Source: the human T2T-CHM13v2.0 reference genome, Homo sapiens
DNA: 64,000 bases
NCBI RefSeq assembly: GCF_009914755.1
Contig: NC_060933.1
Direction: 5' to 3' (one strand)
Below, one piece after another: positions 47,301 through 61,627 of the stretch (within the stretch, counting starts at the first letter, position 1; each line of letters begins with the position of its first letter). A program made the translations under genes and the position numbers. The notes below the pieces were generated by a model that searched no databases, was not told the origin of the DNA, and saw only the letters and a program-made list of their open reading frames with translations.

Positions 47301-48300
47301 GGCTGCAATTTTGGCTTGGTATTCTTTTTAAGAGGTTTTTTAAACTTTTTAGTATTTTGTGTATTTTGGGTTTGTGTGTTTGTCCTTTAAGTTTATAGTT
47401 TTATTGCATTATGTTTGTTATCTACTTTGGATGTTTATTGAACTTGTAGAGATTTTTATGTGTGACTAAATAACCAGCCATTTAAAAAAATGTTCCAAGG
47501 GTACTAGAAAAGAATATCAGACACATAGTTCTATACATACCTCCATTTAATCAAGTTTAATGAATGTATCATTCAACTCCTCTATAACTTTGTATTTGAG
47601 GATCATTTAATTTGTCATTTTTTGATGAGGCATATCAAAAATCTACAATTATCATTGTAGTTTTGTCAATTCTTCCTTGTATATATAACACATTATACTT
47701 CACATACTAAGAAGCCATATTGTACATAGAAATGGTGAATTATTCCTCCTATCAATTAAAACTTACTTCTCTTTTTCATTTGTGTTTTTCACTTTGGATT
47801 TTATTTTGTCTGATATTACCATATTTTCTGCTTTCTTTTGTATAGTATTTGCCTGATTTCTGGTTAGTCTATTTTATTTTAAACATTTTTGATCATTTAG
47901 TTTTATTTATGATATATTTAAAGAGCTGTTTGCATTTTCCATTTCTCAGACTATCTTATTTCACATATCTCCTTCAGAAACTGACAGATTCTGTGACTCT
48001 CAGACAAAAAAAGGAAAAAAAATATATAGAATTGAACAACCCATTTAATAAACTTGATTAAAGTTTGTAGTTATCTATTGGGCGTAACAGTATGAGTTTC
48101 TATATCGTGATAAGAAAATTTTATCTATTAACATTTATTCTGAAAATTGACATAAACATATTAACCAAACAGTTTTATTTCTGACATCTTATTCTTATTT
48201 CTGGCATTGTGTTCATGTTTTCTATTATATAATCTTGTTTATTTTTTTCTTTTCTTTTACTATGTTACTTGAATTTTCTTGTTCCTCTTCTCTTTCATGA
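44400..48300 (-). mobile_element. Degraded old L1 (L1M-type) antisense fragments, probably interrupted by an MLT1-type LTR at about 45210-45750
   Basis: T-rich antisense-L1 text (cttgtgccaataccacattgtttttatcact, tttattctagatattttat, gttttgatatgtagtattctca); LTR-like ccagaggatgaatcatgattggtataagccag. Boundaries approximate. Confidence 0.65.
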
Positions 48301-48410
48301 GTTTTAAAGCCACTGCTCTATTATCTTTACTGCTTTCTCAGTGGGATGAAACAATATCTAACAGTGATCAGTAGCCTAAGTTATTAAACTCAGAATCCTG
48401 AATCTAAGTG

Positions 48411-48857
48411 CAGTTGACCCTTGAACAACATGAGTTTGCACAGGTCTACTCATACACAGTTTTTGGTCTACCTATGTCATCTCTGAGATAACAAGACCAA
48501 CTTCTCCTCTTCCCCCTCCTCCTTAGCCTACTGAACGTGAAGACATGAGGATGCAGAGCTTTACGATGATTCACTTCCACTTAATAAATCGTAAATATAG
48601 TCTCTCTTCCTTATGGTTTCTTAATAACATTTTGTTTTCTTTAGCTTACTTTATTGTAAAAATACAGTATATTATACATATAACATACAAAATATGTGTT
48701 AACTGTTTGTTATTGTTAAGATTTCCAGTCAATGGTAGGCTATTAGTACTTAAGCTTCCGGGGAGTCAAAAGTTATCTACCAATCTTTGACTGTGGCGGG
48801 GGACAGGGTGGTGGGGGTTTGGTGCTCCTAACCCCTGAGTTTTTCAAGGGCCAACTG
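48411..48857. mobile_element. Tigger2a (MER28-type) TcMar-Tigger DNA transposon fossil
   Basis: Terminal inverted repeats cagttgacccttgaacaac ... gtttttcaagggccaactg followed by TA; internal caagaccaacttctcctcttccccctcctcct. Confidence 0.88.
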
Positions 48858-49560
48858 TATGTTAAGAAAAAAGCTCATGTAAAGCTTTAAATGGATTTGT
48901 AACCCACTAATGTATCTGCGATTTTGTAAAAACCACTGTTTTGGGTCATGAGCTAAACTTGTGTACATGCGGACAGAATTCAGTCTGGGAAGTTAATTTA
49001 TATATATACATACATACATATGTATGTATATGGAAGTTTTGCTCAAATATTTAATAAAGTCTAAGCAATATTTAATATTGTGATCTTTTTCAGTTTAAAG
49101 TAAATAAAAATAAAACTGACACATATTTGCTAATGTGGACAGATAAATGGAAACAAATGGATAGTCTAGAAACATATCTTACGATATATAAAATTTTAGT
49201 GTGCAATAAAATGACATTTCAACTAAGAGTGTAAAAGGTTTTTTTTTAAATGATGCTGTGACAGTTAATAATTTGGAAAGCAACTATGTTTGATCTCTAC
49301 CTCATATCATATGTTGAAATAAATTCTACACAGATTGTAAAGTTAAATATGAAGATAAAATTCCTGAAATTGATTAAAAATCAAGTTAATGAGTAGTTAT
49401 TTTATTAGGATTTCTGAAGGCTTTCCTAATATTATACTCATGGTAGAAAGTGTAAGGAAAATGATTGGTAAGCTTAAACTTAACTTTAACTTCCATATTA
49501 TCAAAAATTTAACTTCCATATATCAAAAAACATTATTATTAAGTTAAAAGCAAAATTTAA

Positions 49561-49893
<333 letters not shown>

Positions 49894-49962
49894 TTATTAC
49901 ATATTATAAAGGGCTAAAATTCTTAATCTATAAATTAACATCATAAATCAGTGTGACACTCA

Positions 49963-50321
<359 letters not shown>

Positions 50322-53088
50322 AAAACAAGCAAAGGACACAAACGGTCAAATCACAAAGGGAGAAATACAGAGGAAAGAGTAACAGTTCTGTGTTTGAAGG
50401 TTAAATATTTCTCTTTTTTTCAGACTTTTCTGTGTTTGCTAAATTTTCTATAATATATATTACTTACATAATCAAAAAACATGTATATATACATATATAC
50501 ATACACACGCATAAATGCAAAAGACATATTACCATGCTATATCAGGAGTTTAATACTTGACAATGAGGAAAGCTGGTGGGTGCTATCTGGAATCAGTTCT
50601 GAGTTCAAATCCCAGTGCTAGTTGAATGATCTGGGGAAAGTCACTGAACCACTTTGAGCCTTGGTTTCTCCAAATATAAAACAGAGGAAATAATCTTCAT
50701 GTCACAGTTGTGAGAATAGTTTTCGAAATGTATGTGGAAATGCTTTGTGAGCATCATTTACAGATGTTTGAGATTCCTGTTACTGATGCAGTACGTTGGG
50801 GCTTTTCCCAGCCTCCAAACACAAACACAGCCTCTGTGCACCGTCTCTTACAAACACTACATCCCTCTGCCTGATAAGGGGTTATGTTCCTGAGATGTCC
50901 AGGTGACAGCTGGGGCTGTCTTGCATTTTGCCATCTCCTAAGTGAATGGGACAGAAGCTAGCTACAGGCTATAGTCAAGGGAAACTGTAATAAAGATCAC
51001 TATTGCTGTTCTTTCTCCATGTGAATTGCTTTGACACTCAATTCTAATATTTGCAAAGTTAATGTGATTACCAAATGATCCTGTAATCTGTTGTCTATAA
51101 CATTCAGAAAGTCCCAACTACTTTCAAATTCTGTGTTCCATCATACGGCAAATGAGAACATTGACCGTCCTTCTTTTTGAATAATAGAAATAATCCCTTT
51201 GTGAGTGTTCCATGTTAGAAAATAAATGCAAAAGGACCAGAAGAATCAATTTTTATTTCATATGATCCCTGATAATGCAGAATAGTGCTATATTTTCCAT
51301 TTATATTTATACGTGAAATAAAAGAATTATATTTTTCCAGCTGAAAAATCATACATTTCTTTTGTCTTTTTTATTTCCTGATCCTAAGCCTATAAAAATC
51401 ATTTTAGATTAAAAATGAAAAAAAAGGTGGAGGATAACTCCAAATACTCCCAAAGAACAGAAGATATTGATATACAGAGAACACAATTAGCTATTCCACT
51501 AATCTTCTGAGGTTAGAAAAGAAAATGAAATGAACTGAAAGTTATCAAAATAATTTAGAGAAAACATAAAAATTATGTACTGATTGACTAAGCAGTTAAT
51601 TATTATTGGTCACATAAAGTACAGGATTTCATTCCTGAGAAACCTTAGGAAGGAAGGAAGCTAAGAATGGAGGGAGGAAAACGCCAGAGAGGGACAGAGG
51701 GAGAAAGTTAAAGAAGGAGTGAGAAAGGGAGGAAAGAAGATAACTGAGCTTTTGGTTCAATACCAGCTCAAGGAAATCTCTTTTGCTAGGATAGGCAAAC
51801 TCGATGTAGTGGAAATAGCCATGAAGAGGGATTGAGTAGGTCTGGATCTTAGCTTCTTCAGTAACTTGGTATGTAACCCTGGGCAAATCACTTTTCCTTG
51901 AGACGATTTTCTCATCTGGAATAGATCAGTGGTTTTCCAATTGTGCTCCAGCAGAACACTGCTGACTAGAAGCTAGACCAAGGAATAGTGGTGGTCTGTG
52001 CAATTAACAGAAAAAAGGAAGTGAAATAAAATGTTTCCTATTTGCTGTAGTTTTTTTATTTATATTTATTATAACAATTCCTACGAAATATTGATTTTTC
52101 TAAGCATACCGAACTGTTTCTTGTATTTGAGATATCAACAAACAAAGCTTCCTTGATTTTAGTTTTTTTTCTTACAGTTAAAAATAATAGCTTTTGCCCT
52201 ACTCTCACATAACTGGTAGATTAGTTCTTGCAAAAGACAAAATGAATTAGTAAGTAGCAAATCAACAGCAATAGAAGAATTTAGATACCATTCATTATGT
52301 TTAGGTTTTAAAATTTTTAAATTATTGTTGTTGTCTTGTTTATTTAAATAGTAATGGCTTGTTTTTCTAAAATCATGGCTACATAATATGGTTTTGATTT
52401 TCTAGACTAGATACCTCTCTTGATTCCAAAATTAGAGCTCTTGCTTCACCTATCCTGCCTCACAGTAAAGGTTTAAGGATTTAGAGCATATCAGCTTACA
52501 GATACAGACTCCCATATACTTTATATACATGTTATTCAATCCTCATAGCAATCCTATCAGTATTTAATTTATTCCTCTTTTACAGATGTGGAAACTGATG
52601 CATGGAGTCATTAAGACACTTGTCCAAGGTCATCATTAGCAAAAGCAGGAGGTGGAAACCAGTGAGTAGGTGTCCAGTGCTAGATTTGGTTTCATCTTTG
52701 TTCTAAACATTAAGTCAATAAAAGTTCACATAAAACCTGTTGTTTGGAATGAACAAATTTTCAACATAAACATCAGAAAGATACTAAAAATAAACCTGTT
52801 CTGCCTTCTAGATACTTAAAAAAACAACCAATGAGTAACTTTTTTGAAACACTGTTATTAGTAATGCGCTGAGAAATCAAACCACAACCTAGTGGACAGG
52901 AGAGTATGTGTAGATTTCATGTAATGGTGAAAGGGCAAATAACATGAAATCTACAAGGGATCAGTCATGGGCTGGTAGTCTGCAGATGCAAAGTCAACTT
53001 TGTGCTAGCATACTGCATACTGGATACCCTGAATTCTGAGTGAAGGCTGTTTGGGAAATCAAATGGATATATCACCAAGAATTTCAAG

Positions 53089-53114
53089 GTGTGTGTGTGT
53101 GTGTGTGTGTGTGT
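53089..53114. repeat. (GT)n microsatellite
   Basis: Read directly. Confidence 0.9.
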
Positions 53115-53413
53115 TTAAATAATGATTAACAAAACCTCACAATTAACATTATAAGTTAGAAAAGCATTTGATTTGGTCAGTCTTATGATATGGAAGAAAT
53201 TTTATGCTGGCAAAATTTATTTGCAAGCTCTGAACTTTTCCTAATTGCAAAAGTGATATATTCATTGTAGAAAAGCTTAAAAATCTGAAAAGCCAGAGTG
53301 AAAAAAATGTATAATGTATACATAATTACTTTGCTAGAAAAAATGACATTACCTGGAAAAAATTACTATTAACACTTTGATTATACTTGTCTGATTATTT
53401 TTCAGTGCCTAGC

Positions 53414-53421
53414 CACACACA

Positions 53422-53470
<49 letters not shown>
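53414..53470. repeat. (CA)n microsatellite, interrupted
   Basis: Read directly. Confidence 0.92.
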
Positions 53471-53471
<1 letters not shown>

Positions 53472-53889
53472 AATATGGGATAATACTATATACATTGTTT
53501 TGAAATCTGTTTTTTTGGTTATCAAAAAATCATTTAAATATTTCAGTGTCATTTGACATTTCCTACAGAATTTGATAGGCATACAACTTTCTATCACATA
53601 AATGAATATAACTTCTTTGATCACTTGCTGTTAGATATCAATGCTACAATGAGTCTCCTTATACATAAAATTTTGATGACAGTCATGAATATTTCTTTAA
53701 ATCAATTTCCAAAAATTAAATTCCTGGGTAAAAGACTTTTAATATATCTGGAAAGAATAAAACTTTTCATAGTTCCAGTCTCACCAGTAGAGAATTATAG
53801 GGTCTATTTTTTCATATTCTCAACAACTGGGAATTATATATGCTCTTAACAACTGGGAAATCACACACACTCACAAACATTCAGTATGT

Positions 53890-54056
53890 GGTCATCCCTT
53901 GGTATCCAAAGGATATCAGTTCCAGGACCCCCATGGATGCTCAAGTCTCTTATACAATATGGCATAATATTTGCATATAATCTACATACCTTTTCTGATA
54001 TACTTTAAATCATCTCTAGATTACTTATAATAGTTAATACAATGTAAATGCTATGT
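53890..54056 (+). mobile_element. MER2 (Tigger-derived) fragment
   Basis: gtcatcccttggtatcc...ttccaggacccc...ggatgctcaagtc...atactttaaatcatctctagattacttataata...aatacaatgtaaatgctatgt. Confidence 0.8.
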
Positions 54057-55693
54057 TGAACTTTTTTCATATTGGCCATTAGTAATTTTCTTTTGCTAAT
54101 ATTTGGTAATATTTTTCAACTGTAGTGGAATGACAGATTTCAAAATGTAACAGTAAGAATTAAGAGACCTGGATTTTAGTCTTTATACCATTAGCATTGG
54201 AAGACCTTAGGTTAAATCATTCAATCTCTTTGGTCCTAAATTTTCTTTTCTATATAAAATATATTTAAAATGCCCACTCAAACCTTCTTCCTGTATTATC
54301 TGTGAAGGGAAAAATATCTGTGTGAAAAGGTTACTGTACCACTATTTCATTAGCAGTATTAACATGTTCCTTGAGACACATTTACAATTACCAGTCTTAT
54401 AAAAAGTAGGTTCTATCATTTAACTTTAAAATGTTTTTAAATACTTAAAAAGATAATTGATAATTCAGTCCAAACAAAGCAGTTGACTCCATAGCATATA
54501 TATATATATAAACATCATTATATAGCTATATAACTTACATAGCTTATCTATACCTTCTAAATTTTCCAAATTTTTTCTAATCAGAAGTCAACTTGCTGTT
54601 GACATGCTGGTATATTTTCATTCAAGGTGATTTTGGGGGTATACAATTTGAAAAAAGTAATTCATGATCATAATTTTGTATCCAGGTCTTTTACCTAATA
54701 TTGGACCATTTTTCTATTTAATTGCAAATTCTCAAACAATTAAAGCTACTTAATGTGTCATAATGGGAATAGATTATTATCTACCTAACTAGTCCTCTTA
54801 TCTTAATCACTTATTTTTGATTACTTACTTTATCATTTCTTATATATATATATATATTTTTTTTCATTTCTGTTAAGGTAGATTCTAAGCATAGGAATTA
54901 AGGGCACTAAAGTGTGAACATTTAAAGACTTTAAATGTATATTGTTAAATTGCTCTAAAAAAGATTCATGCTAATTTTTATTTCCTATTAAGAATATACA
55001 AAGAAATGACTTAATTTGGAGATATACTAACCACTACTATGCCACATAATTTTTTCTGTAAAATTTTTTAAATTATAAAAGTGATTCATGTTTGTACACA
55101 CACACACAAACACAAATTGTAACAACACTTTCCTCCCCATCTTTCTCACTCCTTACACAGTTTAGCAAGTATACTATCAGACATTTTTTACTCCAAAAAT
55201 CTTTCTTTCAATTTTGATAACAGTATATGTATTTTGATATGCATTGAAAATGTATAAATAGCCCATCAGACCTGTGATTTGTGAATATTATTGCTTATGA
55301 TGAAGTTAAAAATTTTTTAAAGTTGACTTTAAAAATGTATATTAATTAAATAACAGGACCAAGTTACATGAAAATATATCCCCCCCAAAAAAAGAAAAAG
55401 AATAAGAAGAAATCTTGAATATGATATGAGAATGATAACTTTGGAGAAACTACCATTGAAGTGTAGACTCTAGGGCTGACTGCTCCTTACCAGCTCTGTG
55501 TTCCTGAATAAATCACTTCCTTTCCCTAAGCTTCAGATAGAGAACAAATAGTAAGAACCTGGAAATGCTGGTCTTTCTGCTGGAAGTGATGCTTCAACAA
55601 ATGGGCAATCTTTGACTTGAGTCTTGTCTTCAGAATTTGGTTAATCTAACCCTAGTTGATCTAAGGTTGTTATTTTGCACTTTTAAAAAGATT

Positions 55694-55987
55694 GGCTAGG
55701 CGAGGTGCCTCAGGCCTGTAATCCTAGCACTTTGGGAGGCTGACGTGGGCGGATCACTTGAGGTTGGGAGTTTGGGACTAGCCTGGCCAACATAGTGAAA
55801 CCCTGTCTCTACTAAAAATACAAAAATTAGCTGGGTGTGGTGGTGCATGTCTGTAGTCCCAGCTACTTGGGAGGCTGAGGCAGGAGAATCCTTGAACCCG
55901 GGAGGTAGAGGTTACAGTCAGCCAAGATAGCACCACTGCACTCCAGCTGGGGCGACAGAGCAAGACTCCATCTAAAATAAAATAAAA
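55694..55987 (+). mobile_element. Alu (AluSx/Sz-like)
   Basis: Dimeric Alu with an (AAAAT)n tail. Confidence 0.93.
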
Positions 55988-58353
55988 TTAAATATCTCTT
56001 TGAGGGAGAATTTCATGTTAAATTATGAGTTAAGCCAACACATTGGCTTTACAACGAACTCCAAAAATTTTATTTTGACAAAATATTACTCCTTAATAGC
56101 TTCATTGTGAGAACAGAAATATTCAAATTAATTATAGTTTCATCATAGGCCAAATCCTGGTATTGCTTTTGAGTAAAAAATCTGAAGTTTTATATCCAAG
56201 TAATGTTATATTGAAGCTAGTGGTTGATCATGCATCAAAAATTTGACTCATTTCAGTTATTCATCTTCGTATCCCTAGTACTCAGTTCTGAGAATGGCGT
56301 AATACAGATGCTAAACAAATACTCAATGATTGAATGAAATTACACATTACATATTACAATAACTAGTTTGATAGAACTGTAAATTTAACTACTACCTATG
56401 GAAGAAAGACTTTCTTTTGAATTTTAGAATATCACTATCGAAACATCTTTGGTATCCAAAGGCATATATACAAAGATTCATATGGAGTAAGTTTAATATA
56501 AGTTATTGCAATGTCTCTTCCTTTGAAAGCTGTTCAGAATCATGAATCATCCACCTTTGTCTTCTGTTAGTCACTTTTCCCTAGGCATGGACACTAGTTA
56601 CCTAGTTATATATGTTTAAATATGGGTTTATGACAATATATTGATTTTTCTGTAAGAAATTAGAAAGAAGGTGTGCTAGTGACTTCACTTTTTTGATATT
56701 TGGAGGGTCCATAATTATCCAATTTGAAGTTTTAAGAAAAACTTTTTGAAGACTGAGTAATTTCCAACGAGTAAAGATCACAAGAATTCAAAATAGATAA
56801 CTCATTGAAAAATCACAAGCAAACTCAACTAGTAAAAAGACTACATTGCATTGCATAGAAAGGAAGTTTCACATAGGCAGGGAAATACCACAAAGAGATG
56901 TGTAAAATGTGGTTAAAAAGCCATATTGTATTCACCTACTCTTTCTTTTGCTAAAATCATCAACTTGAATAGTTTTCCAGCTGGAATTTAGAAAACGGGG
57001 CTATCAACTGGATTTTTTTTTTTTTTTGTATAGCTTTCAGGAAGCAGGAAGACTTTTCTCTTTTTAAATGATAGAACATAAATACTGAAACAATGACATT
57101 GGAACATCTATCCATTCTTGTTTCGGTGGAAAGTCTATCTAATTCAGCTTCTGGACCGACTGTTCGTTTTTCCATGATCTCTTCCTGCAGGTTTGCTAGA
57201 AGTCCCTTTCCCCCCATAAACACCTTCCTTTGGGAGATTTGGGTGCCTTCCTTTTTTAAGGTTTTAAAAACTAAAATGATTTATAGACTATCCGTATCCT
57301 GTTAGAGTTGGGCAAGTGAATGGATCATATTTGCGTGGGTCACTCTGATTATAGGACTTCACTGTTTCTTGAACTAAAAGTGCAAGATTTATTATTCTAT
57401 TAATGCTCATAAAGTCACTCTTTTGATGAGCCATAACTTCTCTTTATGAGGAGTGTGTATGCCAGTCACCTATGATAAGGGAGAAGAAAGTCCAGACTTC
57501 TAACATATTCACTCACATTCCCTGCAACATTAACAGTCTTGAAACCCTATATGACTCCAGGGGATAATGCCACAGGATAAAGTAACAAAAGGTAAATTTC
57601 AAGGAGTCAGGATGTCCCCGTGAGACTTCCCTCACAACGTTGGCTGTGTAGGAAACCAAATTTTTTGTATTTTAATTAACAAATTTAAACATTAACCCTC
57701 CTAATGGAGAAGATAACCCACCAACTAGCCTGGTATTATCTTTGTGACTATTCTTAGGGAACGAAATAGCAGGAGTGTGAACTTTCTCCTGTTTATCTTA
57801 ATGGTCTGCTAATGGCAAAGCATAATTAGTTACTTAAATGCCACGTTTACTAAGGTTTTTACGAAAATCTTCAGCCACAGCGCTTTCCTTGACTGACCCA
57901 GCTTGTATTTATACAGTTTTATCATTTGAAAAATTGTCCCAAATAAAAACAAGAAAAAAAAAAAGCCCATTCCCCTTATGTTTAACCTCTTTCAATTATT
58001 TTCACTGGAGAGTTAAAGCGTTTGTGACTTCTAAAAAGTCGAAAAGATTACGTGTATGGCATCATTAATTGAATTTGTATCGCCCCCACATTCAAGAAGC
58101 AAGAGAGTTTTGCGATAGTTCGCTTCACAGCTTCAGGAAGTCAATTTGCTTCTAAACCAGAAGACCGAGTGTGTCTTCTCAAGACCATCGTGTGGTGCCG
58201 TATTTTTGATGGAAAGTTAACCATTGTACCTTTCCCCCATGCACCCACACCAGAAGCCTGAAAGCCACCATCTCCCCGTCGGTCTCTGGATCTCCTCGCT
58301 GCCTTTGTCCCTTCTAGACGTGGAGGCTTGGAGAGGAGGTTTGGTTTCCAAGG

Positions 58354-58491
58354 ATTGGAGCGCTGTGAAGGGCGGGGCCATTCCAAGTCCATCTCCCCTT
58401 TTTGTCCTCTTCTCCCGGGACGGGAGGGTGGAGCCAAGTCCCCCCGCGGCCGGTTCGGGAGCTTTCTCTATCTCGGTCGCTCGAGGTGAGT
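58354..58491 (+). promoter_or_regulatory. Candidate upstream promoter and short alternative first exon
   Basis: Inverted CCAAT (attgg 58354-58358), GC box gggcgggg (58370-58377), then consensus donor GAG|GTGAGT (exon end 58485). Confidence 0.55.
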
Positions 58492-60785
58492 GTGAAAGGG
58501 CGGCAGCCCGTTTAATTGCAGCGCAGGTTAATTTCTTGAGTTCACCGCAGTCGGTCCGCCAGCCGCTTCCCCGGTCTTTGCCAAGTGGGTTTACGAGGTC
58601 TGAGGCGTGTTGGGGCGCGCTCACGTTCTCGCAAAAGGCTCCTCCCCAGGGCTCAATTCCCCGACTGCGGGAAGCCCTTTGGTGCCCCAGGAGCCTTGGA
58701 AACCCAAGGTTTCCTCTGACCTCGTCGCTCCTTTCTCCCTCCCCACCGCCTGGTTCCCTACGTCCCTGCCCCCAGGGAAGGACGGCCCCCATCTTAGGAC
58801 TTACGACCCAAGCCAACCCAGAAGGTACCTTCACGTCGATGAAGATTTTATCGCAGCCTCCAAAACCCAGCAGTAATAGGAGCTTTCAACCTGAAATACG
58901 ATTGTTATTTTCCCGGTGCAGAGCTTGACAGAAAAAGTCAGCTTTTTATTAAAGACAAAGAGGTAAATTATCAGCCGGGACAGTGGAGGGACGGCGGAGA
59001 CCTGGCGCGCTTCCTCCGGTTGCCACGAGGAATTTATGGGGTGGCGGCGGCCAGCGCTCAGACACCCCCCGGGTCCCGGTGGGGAGGAGCTCGGGGCAGG
59101 AGGACTTCCCTAGGTCCCTCCGGGCACTCGGAAGGGGGAGTCCTCCCAAAGCCGCACAAAGCCGGGATCATTTCAATCCGGAACAGCCTCAGCGTCCTCC
59201 TCCTCTCTCCTTTCTTCTTTCTCTTCTCGGTGACTCCCGTTCCCCTTTCGCCTCTGTCCTTTCTGCGCCTTGTTCTCGTCTCCTTACTTCTCTTCCCTCT
59301 CCTCGCCTTTCCTCTCCCTCCCCCTCCTTTCTTCTCCACCGCACGCGTAGAGTGTCATTTATTTATTTATTTATCACCCCCGCCATCAACACCCTTTTAG
59401 GGATCCCGAGCTTTTCAATGTGAGTGGGAGGAGAAAAGGGCAGGAAGTGTTGACTGGAAGTGGGTGAAATCGTGCCTCGGGGTGAGAGATTCTGCTCAGG
59501 AATATAGGGTCGGGAAAATCTTGGAAAATGAGGATTTAGATCTGTTTATGAAGCCCCGCTATCGGATGGGAACCAACTCCGCGCGCGTCTCCTCCTCTTC
59601 CTTTATTGTATGGATTTATAGGTATATATCTTCTCGGACTGTTGCTTGGGGGGAGGGAGGAGAAAGGGCGAGTATTTAAAGAGGACAGACTTGCCCAGGA
59701 TCCTTAACACCGCGCCTTCACCGGATGCGCGCTCCTCAATGCAAAGGAATCCAGCAACATCCCCAATTCAGACGCGGACAAAAGAAACTTTAATTAAGGT
59801 CTCTTTCTGCCCCGCGCGCTGCGCGTTTCTCTCTCCTGAGGCTGTTGATGTCCAACTCCAAGATCCAAGAAATAGAAATGGTACAATCAGCCCATGCCCT
59901 TGAACTTCAATTGCTCCTGACTTGCTGCATTGATTTTTTTGATACTGTAGAACCCCCATCCCCAACCCCCACCGCTCCCAGTCCAATTAAAACCGTAGGA
60001 GACTTTCGACCTGGTGGTGGAGGGGGGGAACCACTCCTTTGCAAAAGAGATAGTTCAGAATGATACGGGAGAGATTACACTAAATAAAAATTCAAGGTGT
60101 GAAAGCTTCATCTTGGCTCGCGTGTCTTCAACACCATGACACCTTATCATTAAGAGCGCTGATTGTTACTTTCCGAGCCTTTAGATGATCAGCCAGAAAG
60201 TGCAAACAACGCGGGGCTGGAGGGTGTAAAGTTATTTAAGCAGGCGTTCTTTTTTTCTTTTGGTGCGCAGTCAAAACATTTCACAAGTTAGGAAAAGAAA
60301 GTGGTGGTTCCGAAGCTCGGAATGATGGGCTCTTTTCCTCCTCCACCCCCCCACCTTCCATATCAGGAAAGAAATAAAACGCACAATGAGCCTTTATTTC
60401 AGGAGAGAAGACTTCAAAATACGTGCCAGTAATGGACAATTTGAGCTTTTCACTGGAAATACTCACACCGCAAGCTGGAAAGGGATTAAAAAGCCCCACG
60501 TGGTTGATCTGGGTTTATACTTGCAACCTCCAGTTCCCCACGTATGTTCTTTGCAAAGGTTGGCCTCTAGATGGATGCAAGTAAGGGACCCTCTGGGGCT
60601 CGGGCTCGGCGCCTCGGGCAGGGCTGACGTTGGGAGCGCTATGAGCTGCCGGGCAGGGTCCTCACCGGGGGCTTCCTCTGCGGGCCAGGGCTGCCGGGCG
60701 CCACCGGGACGCGAGCGCGCACGCCTCGGCCCGGCGGCCGCGCTCCTCGCACCGCCTTCTCCGCAGGTCTTTATTCATCATCTCA

Positions 60786-60905
60786 TCTCCCTCTTCCCCT
60801 TCTCCTTCTCCTTTGCCTCCTTCTCCTTTGCCTCCTTCTCCTCCTCTTCCTCCCCCTCCTCCACCACCACCTCCTCCTCCTCTGCCGCCGCCACCTCCTC
60901 CTCTT
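60786..60905. repeat. (TCC)n-rich pyrimidine tract
   Basis: Degenerate ctc/tcc/acc/gcc triplets read directly. Confidence 0.85.
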
Positions 60906-61271
60906 GCATCTCACTGGCCTGGCTCTGAGTGACAAAGACAATGTCCCAGCCTTAACTTTGCAACCACCTTGCCTCCTTCTGGGGTTCAGCAGGGGGGAGG
61001 GGGAACAGCAGCAGCAGCCTCAGCATCTCCTCCAGCTTCTCCTTCTGCTCTTCTCGAGCTCTTGGATAATTCTTCCTCTTTTTTCCCCTAGCCTTTTTCC
61101 TCATTTCTTTCTTTCTTTCTTTTTTTCCTTCCTCTCTGCTGCACGTTGTTGTTGTTATTAGAAAGGCTTCGCGCACCCCCTGGTGCTCCGGCGTTTTGTG
61201 TGGCAGGAGAAGATTGTCTTCCTTCTCTCTTTCTGTCTTGCTTTCTCTCTCCCCCTGGTTGCTCATTATTC

Positions 61272-61407
61272 AGAGAGAGACACAGAGGGAGGGAGAGAGA
61301 GAGAGCGCGCGAGGGAGAGGGAGGAGAGGAGAGAGAAGAGGAGAGAGAGGGGAGAGAGAGAGTGAGAGGGAGAGGGAGGGAGGGAGAGAGAGAGAGAGGG
61401 AGAGAGA
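61272..61407. repeat. GA-rich polypurine tract at or near the TSS
   Basis: About 135 nt almost entirely G/A. Confidence 0.9.
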
Positions 61408-61467
61408 CGGATATCTCAGGTCATCTGCAGCTGCAGCGAGTCTGAGGAGCCGAGGAAGGCAGGGAAG

Positions 61468-61488
61468 ATGGCGATCCTCCATTGCTGA
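61468..61488 (+). CDS. Candidate uORF1 (MAILHC*)
   Basis: ATG in strong Kozak context aagATGG; stop TGA at 61486-61488. Translation not shown. Confidence 0.4.
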   Translation: MAILHC

Positions 61489-61504
61489 GACCCGGCAGAA
61501 GCAC

Positions 61505-61627
61505 ATGAGACTCCCAAACAACTTCCACAACAATAACCCGAGCAGGAAGAGGAGAAAGAGAAAGAGGATAAGGAGGCGGTGGGGCTGGAGAACCCGAAGC
61601 ACCTCCCGGCGCCGGGACGCTTCTTCT
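61505..61627 (+). CDS. Candidate uORF2, Arg/Lys-rich peptide, open to the exon-1 donor
   Basis: 41 codons MRLPNNFHNNNPSRKRRKRKRIRRRWGWRTRSTSRRRDASS ending in phase 0 at the donor; weak Kozak context (cacATGA). Confidence 0.35.

Larger units (their letters stand above)
61270..61627 (+). other. ZNF462: Non-coding first exon (5' UTR) of ZNF462; TSS approximate
   Basis: ggatatctcaggtcatctgcagctgcagcgagtctgagg...cccggcgccgggacgcttcttct matches my recollection of the ZNF462 mRNA leader; strong donor TCT|GTAAGT at 61628. The coding start lies outside the window. Confidence 0.75.

Noticed and set aside
49010-49029. Perfect 20-bp palindrome atacatacatatgtatgtat
   Set aside because: A trivial product of a (TACA)/(TGTA) microsatellite.
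56960-57223. 87-aa minus-strand ORF (LANLQEEIMEKRTVGPEAELDRLS...) that looks protein-like
   Set aside because: No recognisable family, runs through a homopolymer tract, and has no convincing splice sites or retrocopy hallmarks. A tBLASTn/BLASTP hit would be needed.
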